Positions 1 through 5,777 of a stretch of DNA of 11,575 bases are shown here, one piece after another (within the stretch, counting starts at the first letter, position 1; each line of letters begins with the position of its first letter). The position numbers were made by a program, and so were the translations under genes. Origin of the DNA: Candidatus Eiseniibacteriota bacterium (GTDB lineage Bacteria > Eisenbacteria > RBG-16-71-46 > SZUA-252); the NCBI GenBank assembly GCA_031370645.1, contig JANMQV010000132.1:1-11575 (forward strand), given 5' to 3'. Below the pieces are notes generated by a model. It saw only the letters and a list, made by a program, of their open reading frames with translations, had not been told where the DNA came from and made no database searches.

Positions 1-85
1 CGTCGATGGCTGTTCGGATATGATCGCGATGGGTTTCCATTTCCTCGATGACCCATGTCGTGTGTGGTCGCGTCATGTTGCTCAT
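1..85 (-). CDS. Possible 5' end of a hypothetical protein running off the window (MSNMTRPHTTWVIEEMETHRDHIRTAID...)
   Basis: ATG at 85 (alternative 76) preceded by purine-rich GGAAGGTGGAG; frame is open to the window edge. Too short to recognise. Confidence 0.3.
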   Translation of the reverse strand, partial: MSNMTRPHTTWVIEEMETHRDHIRTAID

Positions 86-357
86 GCTCCACCTTCCGGT
101 GCGGGCCCGAAACCCGCTCCCCATCCCCTTTTCGGCCGCCATTTATGAGCGCCGTGTGCCTTCTTCAGCAAGTACGACCAGGGCTAGAACCATGCCACCA
201 CGGCGGACGGTGCGGGAATCGCTCCAAGACGATGGGGCCAGCCCTGATCGGCGTCGGTGGGTTGAGTTCGAAGCGCTCATCGCGGGGCGAGCAGATCGGC
301 GGGAATGGAGAAAGTTGCGCTCGCCGCAGCAGAATATTCAAGTCGGAGAGGGGCACG

Positions 358-393
358 GGTGCCGGAGGAAGGGGGCGAATCCGCACGAGGCTT
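358..393 (-). repeat. Degenerate direct repeat of the tRNA-Leu 3' end (att-like)
   Basis: Plus strand 358-393 GGTGCCGGAGGAAGGGGGCGAATCCGCACGAGGCTT versus 705-740 GGTGCCGGAGGAGGGGGTCGAACCCTCACGAGGTTT: 31/36 identical, ungapped, same orientation. Confidence 0.8.
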
Positions 394-409
394 CCCTCCT
401 GGCGGAAGC

Positions 410-616
410 TCAGGCGCGATTTCTCGCCCTGAGCGCGAAGATGAGGCCGAAGAGAGCAGCTCCGCACGCTGCCCCACCTCCGGAGATCCCAACGACGTCG
501 ACCGTCCGCACGTTTTGCGAGAAGTGGAAGAGATTCTGGGAAAATCGAACCAGACTTCCCACTCCGATGAGGAAGAGCACAAGCAGGAGGACGGGATTGG
601 GTCTAAGGCGCTCCAT
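410..616 (-). CDS. Small (68 aa) hypothetical membrane protein with two hydrophobic segments
   Basis: ATG at 616 preceded by SD-like AAGAAAGGGAAC; MERLRPNPVLLLVLFLIGVGSLV...VVGISGGGAACGAALFGLIFALRARNRA. The longer track ORF (410..733) would overlap the tRNA, so the start was moved. Confidence 0.65.
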   Translation of the reverse strand: MERLRPNPVLLLVLFLIGVGSLVRFSQNLFHFSQNVRTVDVVGISGGGAACGAALFGLIFALRARNRA

Positions 617-703
617 AATCGTTCCCTTTCTTCGCGAGGGCGACGTCCACGAGCAGGTGGGCGCGCAGGTGCGCCCGAACCCCGGGAGCCGCTTGTAGCG
701 TGG

Positions 704-792
704 TGGTGCCGGAGGAGGGGGTCGAACCCTCACGAGGTTTAAGCCTCACAGGATTTTGAGTCCTGCGTGTCTGCCAGTTCCACCACTCCGGC
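704..792 (-). tRNA. tRNA-Leu (anticodon CAA), long variable arm, CCA encoded
   Basis: Reverse complement GCCGGAGTGGTGGAACTGGCAGACACGCAGGACTCAAAATCCTGTGAGGCTTAAACCTCGTGAGGGTTCGACCCCCTCCTCCGGCACCA: acceptor GCCGGAG/CTCCGGC, anticodon arm CAGGA-CTCAAAA-TCCTG, T arm GAGGG-TTCGACC-CCCTC. Confidence 0.98.
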
Positions 793-817
793 GGCGGGCT
801 AACTTATTGGAACGGCG

Positions 818-846
818 ACATTATCAGGGGGTGCGGGGGCGGTCAA
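818..846 (-). promoter_or_regulatory. Sigma70-type promoter of tRNA-Leu
   Basis: TTGACC-N17-TAATGT on the minus strand, ending 25 nt upstream of the mature tRNA 5' end. Confidence 0.65.
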
Positions 847-879
847 GGAACCCCCTCCGAGCCCGTGCCAAGATTCCAA

Positions 880-909
880 TTGACAATTCCACAACTAGTT
901 AGGTACTAT
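880..909 (+). promoter_or_regulatory. Sigma70-type promoter, divergent from the tRNA promoter
   Basis: TTGACA (880-885)-N18-TACTAT (904-909) in an AT-rich patch of a GC-rich sequence. Confidence 0.75.
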
Positions 910-945
910 CCCTCCAGCGTCGTCGAAGGCTGATTCCCCCCTGCC

Positions 946-973
946 GGAACTTTTTGCTCGTTTCCGAGTCTAA
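946..973 (+). promoter_or_regulatory. ECF sigma (RpoE/AlgU-type) promoter
   Basis: GGAACTT (946-952)-N16-TCTAA (969-973), matching the established sigmaE consensus and spacing. Confidence 0.7.
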
Positions 974-979
974 AGAGAC

Positions 980-1148
980 GCGCAATCGATGTGAAGTTCC
1001 CTGTCGTTCATGTGACCAGGGCGGTCTGAACCGGCGGTTCCGCCGGAGGGTTGCCTCAGCCCCGCAGGTCGTTCGAGCACGGTCTGTACGGGGAACTTCC
1101 AAATAAACGGGCGGCGAGTCCCTAGGGATTCGCCGCCCGATACATTTT
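980..1148 (+). ncRNA. Candidate structured non-coding RNA of unknown family (possible longer isoform from ~916)
   Basis: Two tandem promoters upstream and no credible ORF. Closing stem GAAGUUCCCUGU (993-1004)/ACGGGGAACUUC (1088-1099); inner helices GACC/GGUC, GCGG/CCGC, CUGA/UCAG; hairpin CCGGCGG-UU-CCGCCGG; terminal 14-bp hairpin. The single non-Watson-Crick pair in each long stem is G-U on the plus strand but A-C on the minus strand. Ends are approximate. Confidence 0.6.
1101..1148. terminator. Probably bidirectional intrinsic terminator
   Basis: CGGGCGGCGAGTCC-CTAG-GGATTCGCCGCCCG (1108-1139), followed by TTTATTT on the minus strand (end of the phosphatase operon) and ATACATTTT on the plus strand. 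Confidence 0.8.
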
Positions 1149-1207
1149 CCGCCTAAGCACGAATCTGCCCGCATCCCGCTCGAGCGGCGCCGAGCCCCAA
1201 TCGGCTC

Positions 1208-2971
1208 CTACGCCATCCCCTTCACCACCACGATCGTCATGTCGTCGTCCAGCGCCCCGTCGCGGTGCGCCTTCACCGCGTCCCAAATCCCGCGCAGGAT
1301 CACCGTCGCCGGCTCCGCCCGTTTGGCGCGGATCACATCGCGCAGGCGATCGTCTCCGAACAGGTCCCCCGTGGCATCCATCGCCTCGGTCACGCCGTCC
1401 GTGTAGAGCACGAGGACGTCGCCGGGTCGAATCTCCACGGCCCGCTCCTTGTACGTCACCGTTTCAAACGTCCCCAGCAGGGGCCCCGTGGCTTCAAGGT
1501 AATCGAACGTCGCCCCGCCCGCGCGGCAGAGAAACGCCGAGTTGTGTCCCGCGTTCACATAGGTGAAGCGGCGCCCCTCGATGTCCAACACGCCGTACAA
1601 CGCGGTCACGAACCGGTCCGGCTCGATGCTCTCCCACAACAAACGGTTCACCTTCCCGATGATCGTCCGAATGGCGTAGTTGTTCCGAATCTCCGCGATC
1701 AACGAAGCGCGGAAGGAAGCCATGATCAACGCGGCCGCGAGCCCCTTCCCCGAGACGTCTCCAACCACCACGCCGAGATGATTGTCCGCGATGCGCACGA
1801 AGTCGTAATAGTCGCCGCCCACCAAGTCCGAGGAGAAGTTCGCGCCGGCGATATCGAAGTTCCGAATCTCGGGATTCCGATCGGGCAGAAACGAACGCTG
1901 GATCCGCTGCCCGATCGTCACCTCTTCCTCGAGGCGCCGCATCTCCAGCACTTCCTCGTGGAGGCGCGTCCGCTCGATGGCTACGGCCGCTTGCGCGGCG
2001 AATGCCATCAGGAGTTCCATGTCCTCCTGCTCGTAGGCGTCCTGCTCGTCCGACTCGAGGTTGAAGGCGCCGATCACCTCGCTGCCGATTCGAATCGGAG
2101 CCACCATCTCGCTTCGCGTTTGGTCGCGCGCGTTCACGTAGCGCGTATCGGTCGCGACGTCGGGGACGATGGCGCCGCGGCCGGTCTTCGCGACCCAGCC
2201 GATCAGCCCCTTCCCAACCTTGACTCGCACCGCCTCGTCGCGATCGGCGTCGTAGCCCCGGAGCGCTTGGCGCTGGATCCACTGCGTCTTCTTGTCGACG
2301 AGGTAGATGCCCGCCGCGTCGTAGCGCACGACCTGGAAGACGAGGTCGAGAATCTGTTCGAGGAGGAGATTACTGTCAAGGCTCGCCGAGATCTTCGTGC
2401 CTAGTTCGAGGAGGAGTTGATTCTCCACCTTCTCTCGCATCGCCTCGGAGTAGACGCGTGAATTCCCCACCGCGATCGCCAATTGCTCGCCTAGTTCCGA
2501 GAGGAATGCCACGTCCTCGGCGGAGGGGACGTGATCCGCGCGATGCAACGTGACGACGCCGAGCGGCTCGCCGCCGCGGCGAAGCGGTAAGGACAGCACC
2601 CCGCCCAATTCCGCCAGGGGACGTCCACCCCACTCCTCCGCGAGATAGAGCGCTTCGGGGATCGTCGCGTCGTAACGGGCTTCCTCTTCAGCCACCGCTT
2701 GACCGGCAAGCCCCTGGCCCACCTGAAGCCGCGGACGGCGGCCCAACACAGGCGTATTTCCGAGCGTCCAGGGATAGAGCACTTCGGTCCGCGGATCGAT
2801 CACCCAGAGGGAGAGTTCATGGAACGCGCTGGCCGAAAGAAAGAAGTCGCGCGCCTTCCGCGCGAGCGCGTCGCGCTTGAGGAGCGCCAATTCCCGCGAC
2901 GCGCGCACAAGGAAGCGAAGCCGATCCACTTCCGTGCGGGCCGGCCCTGCGAGTGTGGTTCGGTCGGTCAT
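1208..2971 (-). CDS. GAF-GAF-PP2C (SpoIIE-family, RsbU-like) serine phosphatase, 587 aa
   Basis: PP2C/SpoIIE motifs VGGDYYDF, VVGDVSGKG, VNAGH, LYTDGVTEA, DDMTIVVV; two GAF-like segments (GQGLAGQAV...LPLRRGGEPLGVV; GKGLIGWVAKTG...TRSEMVAPI). Start set at ATG 2971, which forms an ATGA overlap with the upstream stop. Confidence 0.93.
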   Translation of the reverse strand: MTDRTTLAGPARTEVDRLRFLVRASRELALLKRDALARKARDFFLSASAFHELSLWVIDPRTEVLYPWTLGNTPVLGRRPRLQVGQGLAGQAVAEEEARYDATIPEALYLAEEWGGRPLAELGGVLSLPLRRGGEPLGVVTLHRADHVPSAEDVAFLSELGEQLAIAVGNSRVYSEAMREKVENQLLLELGTKISASLDSNLLLEQILDLVFQVVRYDAAGIYLVDKKTQWIQRQALRGYDADRDEAVRVKVGKGLIGWVAKTGRGAIVPDVATDTRYVNARDQTRSEMVAPIRIGSEVIGAFNLESDEQDAYEQEDMELLMAFAAQAAVAIERTRLHEEVLEMRRLEEEVTIGQRIQRSFLPDRNPEIRNFDIAGANFSSDLVGGDYYDFVRIADNHLGVVVGDVSGKGLAAALIMASFRASLIAEIRNNYAIRTIIGKVNRLLWESIEPDRFVTALYGVLDIEGRRFTYVNAGHNSAFLCRAGGATFDYLEATGPLLGTFETVTYKERAVEIRPGDVLVLYTDGVTEAMDATGDLFGDDRLRDVIRAKRAEPATVILRGIWDAVKAHRDGALDDDMTIVVVKGMA

Positions 2972-3684
2972 CGTGTCGATCGGGTCGTCCGGGTGGGGCG
3001 GCGCTTCGCCGCGCCGCGCACGGCGCTGCCGCCGGCGCAAAGTTCATCGAGATAGGCTCGGAGTTCCGCCGGCTTCAGATGATCCGCGGACCAGAGCGCG
3101 CGGAAGATCCGCTCCCCGCGCGCGGCGTAGCCGGGAATGTGGTCCAGCGTCCGGGCGTAGACGCGGCGCCGTTCGCCGCGCGTCATGGAGGGAAGCCCGC
3201 GACGGTGGAGCCGTCCATCGATCCAGACGTTCCAGAGTTCGTTGAAGGCCTCGCGATCGTCCTCCGGGCAAGACGAGAGATCGACGCCCGCCTCGTGGTC
3301 GTCTTTGAGATGGCTCAGTTCGTGGAGACACGCCTCGGCGAACGAGCGCGACGAGAACTGGCGCGTCGCAAGCGGCGGAAGCCCCGCGCGGCGTCCCCAG
3401 GTGCGCGCCCAGGCGCGGCGACGTTCCCGCGTGACGAAGTTCCCCACCGCGAATGAGAGGCGCGCAGCCCTATGGTCGTGCGTGTTCCACTCGATGTAGG
3501 CGTGGTCGTCCCGGTTCGCAAGATCGATCGCAACCTGGAGATCGTGAACCACGCCGGCCAAGCCGAGCTCGCGCACCGATTGCCGGAGGACCGCCTCGGC
3601 AGCTTCGCGAAGCGGGAATTCAGGAGGGTTCCATCGGATGCGAAGCGCGCCCTCCGCACCCGCCGTGGTGCGCATCGAGGCCAT
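2968..3684 (-). CDS. Hypothetical protein with HExxH motif (putative zincin-type metallopeptidase), 238 aa
   Basis: ACLHELSHLKD followed by EAFNELWNVWIDGRL; start overlaps the upstream stop (TAATG) and stop overlaps the downstream start (ATGA). Confidence 0.75.
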   Translation of the reverse strand: MASMRTTAGAEGALRIRWNPPEFPLREAAEAVLRQSVRELGLAGVVHDLQVAIDLANRDDHAYIEWNTHDHRAARLSFAVGNFVTRERRRAWARTWGRRAGLPPLATRQFSSRSFAEACLHELSHLKDDHEAGVDLSSCPEDDREAFNELWNVWIDGRLHRRGLPSMTRGERRRVYARTLDHIPGYAARGERIFRALWSADHLKPAELRAYLDELCAGGSAVRGAAKRRPTRTTRSTR

Positions 3685-4190
3685 TACTTGGTCACCGCGC
3701 GAACGAGGAAGACGTGACCCACGATTAGCACCGCGAAGAGAGCGGCCGGATGGATTCCGAACGGTGTACGTCGCTCTTTTGGCTTCGCAACGACCGACGC
3801 TACCGGAGGGCCGATTCCGACACCCGGTGCCTTGAATCCGAGAGTTTCAGCGGGAGCGCTTCCCGAGGGGAGCGATGAGCCCGCCCCGAATCGAACCGAG
3901 TCGGGAACCATCGGCGCCGGCTTGTCCTGAAGCCCTTCCGGCAGCGAGTCGGGCAGAACTTGGTTGTCCTGGTCGTCCTCGTCCTCGGTCCAGTTATCAT
4001 CGGAGTTGTTATCGGGGGGAGTCGGATCGATCGGCTCCTGCGACACGGCGGAGACCGACGCCGCAGCCGACGTCCCCGCGACTGCGGGAACGACACTGGC
4101 GCTCGGGATCGCGGCCAGGAAGACCGCGAATCCGAGCGCCAGCGCGAGCGAGCGGATGAGTCGCAGGCTAGAAGCGGAAGCCGAGGCCAA
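3684..4190 (-). CDS. Hypothetical exported or membrane protein: N-terminal signal/TM, acidic Pro-rich middle, C-terminal TM segment
   Basis: RLIRSLALALGFAVFLAAIPSA; DPTPPDNNSDDNWTEDEDDQD; GIHPAALFAVLIVGHVFLVRAVTK. Fills the gap between neighbours. Start uncertain (TTG 4190 or CTG 4166); the track's extension to 4565 overlaps the upstream gene. Confidence 0.65.
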   Translation of the reverse strand: MASASASSLRLIRSLALALGFAVFLAAIPSASVVPAVAGTSAAASVSAVSQEPIDPTPPDNNSDDNWTEDEDDQDNQVLPDSLPEGLQDKPAPMVPDSVRFGAGSSLPSGSAPAETLGFKAPGVGIGPPVASVVAKPKERRTPFGIHPAALFAVLIVGHVFLVRAVTK

Positions 4191-4725
4191 GCGCCCCCAG
4201 CCCGGTGATGCCGAACGTCCCTTCGACCTTCGGGGTGAATCGGTAGCCGACCTCGAAGCCCCACGACGGTCCGTAGACAAGATTGGCGCGACCGGTCCAC
4301 TTGGCGTCGAAGTTGTGCGAGATGGCGATGCCGAACTCGGGGCGAAGTCCGGCCCGGTTGGCGAAGGCTCCGAAGATTCCGGCGATGCTGGGGTCGTGAC
4401 GGTCCCCTTCGACGAACTGGTACATGTAGTGCCCGCCCATGACGAGGTCGTCGTTGAACGTGCCATCGCCGGGTCCGAAGTTGTCGAAGTAGAGGTTGTT
4501 GTCGTCGACTCCAAAATATCCCCCGACCGCGCTCCGCTCGGAGATCGCGAAATCCGCCTGGCCATACACTCCCTCGAACACGGCGAATCCTCCGCGGTTC
4601 ACGCCGGAGACGATATTCGCGTCGGGAATCGTGGCCCATGCGCGCGGGGCGGCGGCGAGCGCCAACGCCAGCGCAAGGCCGAGCATAGTCCATTCGAAAC
4701 GGGCTTTCCAGGTGCGCCGATCCAT
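4168..4725 (-). CDS. Exported protein, probable small outer-membrane beta-barrel, 185 aa
   Basis: Strong SD GGAGG before the ATG; signal peptide ending A-W-A; Gly/aromatic alternating strands (WGFEVGYRF, PEFGIAISHNF); C-terminal LGLGFRF resembling a BAM beta-signal. Confidence 0.8.
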   Translation of the reverse strand: MDRRTWKARFEWTMLGLALALALAAAPRAWATIPDANIVSGVNRGGFAVFEGVYGQADFAISERSAVGGYFGVDDNNLYFDNFGPGDGTFNDDLVMGGHYMYQFVEGDRHDPSIAGIFGAFANRAGLRPEFGIAISHNFDAKWTGRANLVYGPSWGFEVGYRFTPKVEGTFGITGLGALGLGFRF

Positions 4726-4827
4726 GCGTCATTCCTCCAGGTGTAATGCCGCGACCCCCGAGCGCCGATTGTAACCCGAACGGCGATCGGCGGGGAAATC
4801 CACGTTCTCGAGAACGGCGCGCGAGGA

Positions 4828-4866
4828 AATGAAAAACGCCTTCGCGACCGTAAAGCCACGAAGGCG
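4828..4866 (-). terminator. Intrinsic terminator after the 4890..5303 gene
   Basis: Minus strand CGCCTTCGTGGC-TTTACG-GTCGCGAAGGCG (12-bp stem with two G-U pairs) followed by TTTTTCATT. Confidence 0.75.
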
Positions 4867-4889
4867 CGTTTCGTTTTCGAAGGACGATG

Positions 4890-5303
4890 CTACGGGCGTG
4901 AGCGGAGCGCCTCGAACGCGTCGGCGTTCATCAATACGCCGTCACGGAATCGAATCGGCGTCGACAACTGGCCGTAATACCACGCCTCTTCCGAGTGGCC
5001 GATCGGCTGTGAGAGCACGCGCCCCGTCGGATATCCGAGCGTGTCGAAGACGCGACGCATGTCGCCGGGAATGTGATCGCGCCAGTAGGCGATGCGAAGC
5101 GCGTAGCGGAGGAGTTTCTCCTGGTGCCGCACCGACGCGGACTGCCACTCCTTCGTCGCGAGGACCTGCACCTTCCCTGCATCGACGTAGTAGATGAGGC
5201 TCGGCCCGATGATGTCCTTCGTCTGGGCGTGGGCGGTAGGAGTCGACGTGATCAGAACGGCCGTGGTGACCACGGCGAGGGCCAGGGCAAGGTGGCGGAG
5301 CAT
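4890..5303 (-). CDS. Secreted hypothetical protein, possible BamE/SmpA-like fold, 137 aa
   Basis: Sec signal peptide ending A-H-A; pattern V..TLGYP...EEAWYY...IRFRDGVL; SD-like GAGAGG upstream; own terminator. Confidence 0.75.
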   Translation of the reverse strand: MLRHLALALAVVTTAVLITSTPTAHAQTKDIIGPSLIYYVDAGKVQVLATKEWQSASVRHQEKLLRYALRIAYWRDHIPGDMRRVFDTLGYPTGRVLSQPIGHSEEAWYYGQLSTPIRFRDGVLMNADAFEALRSRP

Positions 5304-5339
5304 GGTGCGGGGCCTCTCTCATGTCGGGTGAATCGAGCC

Positions 5340-5381
5340 CCCGCCTCGCGCGGAGGCGGGCGCATGTACCCGTTAATTATA
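5340..5381 (-). promoter_or_regulatory. Perfect -10 box (TATAAT) followed by a GC-rich leader hairpin upstream of the secreted-protein gene
   Basis: TATAAT at 5381-5376 on the minus strand with no clear -35; inverted repeat CCCGCCTC (5340-5347)/GAGGCGGG (5353-5360) without a U tract. Confidence 0.45.
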
Positions 5382-5417
5382 CCTCAAGAGGGGGCTGGAG
5401 GAGCGGGTGAAAAACTT

Positions 5418-5777
5418 CTAGCGACGGTAGAGGATTCTGCCGCAATTCTCGCAGAATTCGTAGGTTGCGCCTTCGGAGTTTCGGCCGATGGAGTTGGTCG
5501 GAAGGCTGATGCGGCAACCGGAGCAGACTCGGCCGTTCACGGGGACGATCACGCGGAAGAAACGGCGGCTCATTCGTTCGTAGGTCTGGAGGAGCCGATC
5601 TTCGACTTGGCTCGCCAGGCGCTCCCGGGTTCGCTCGAGGTTCGAAATCCCCTCCACCGCGAAGCCGAGCTTCTCTTCCTGGGAGGACATCTCGGGATCC
5701 CGCATCTCGCGGAGCAGGCAGTCGACATCCTGCAACTGGATCAGGGTGTCAAGGGATTCGGCGGTCGTATCATTCAT
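5418..5777 (-). CDS. Short C4-type zinc-ribbon protein (zf-RING_7/DUF164, HP0958/CT398-like), 119 aa
   Basis: N-terminal LIQLQDVD helix, LLQTYERM, CSGCRISLP and CENCGRILY; 8-nt overlap with the upstream EIIA gene. Confidence 0.88.
   Translation of the reverse strand: MNDTTAESLDTLIQLQDVDCLLREMRDPEMSSQEEKLGFAVEGISNLERTRERLASQVEDRLLQTYERMSRRFFRVIVPVNGRVCSGCRISLPTNSIGRNSEGATYEFCENCGRILYRR

Noticed and set aside
143-280. Possible 45-aa minus-strand ORF (MSASNSTHRRRSG...)
   Set aside because: No convincing SD or recognisable features; cannot be supported.
701-706. Genomic CCACCA at the tRNA 3' end
   Set aside because: The acceptor stem is fully paired, so the second CCA is most simply trailer sequence trimmed during maturation rather than a decay tag.
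48-742. Plus-strand ORFs 48..698, 55..432 and 305..742
   Set aside because: Arg/Ser/Pro-rich with no motifs, and they lie opposite a better-supported small gene or overlap the tRNA.
853-870. TGGCACG on the minus strand resembling a sigma54 -24 box
   Set aside because: There is no TTGC at the -12 position (CGGA instead).
991-1029. 12-codon ORF GTG...TGA (MKFPVVHVTRAV) in the candidate RNA
   Set aside because: The start abuts a strong stem and has no well-placed SD; a dual-function RNA cannot be excluded without Ribo-seq.
993-1099. Identification as 6S RNA, SRP RNA, a c-di-GMP riboswitch or retron msr-msd
   Set aside because: The core is shorter than a typical 6S RNA despite a CUGAACC word; there is no SRP domain IV motif, no downstream gene for a riboswitch to control, and no reverse transcriptase in the window.
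899-1174. Track ORF 899..1174 (-), 91 aa
   Set aside because: Runs through a terminator hairpin and promoter boxes, has no clear SD, and shows no recognisable protein features.
1265-2404. Long plus-strand ORF (379 aa) opposite the phosphatase
   Set aside because: Antisense shadow ORF typical of high-GC coding DNA.
3800-4746. Overlapping ORFs 3800..4732 (-), 3964..4746 (+) and the 4191-4565 extension of the 3684 ORF
   Set aside because: Alternative frames of the beta-barrel and membrane-protein genes with low-complexity Arg- or Ser/Thr-rich translations.
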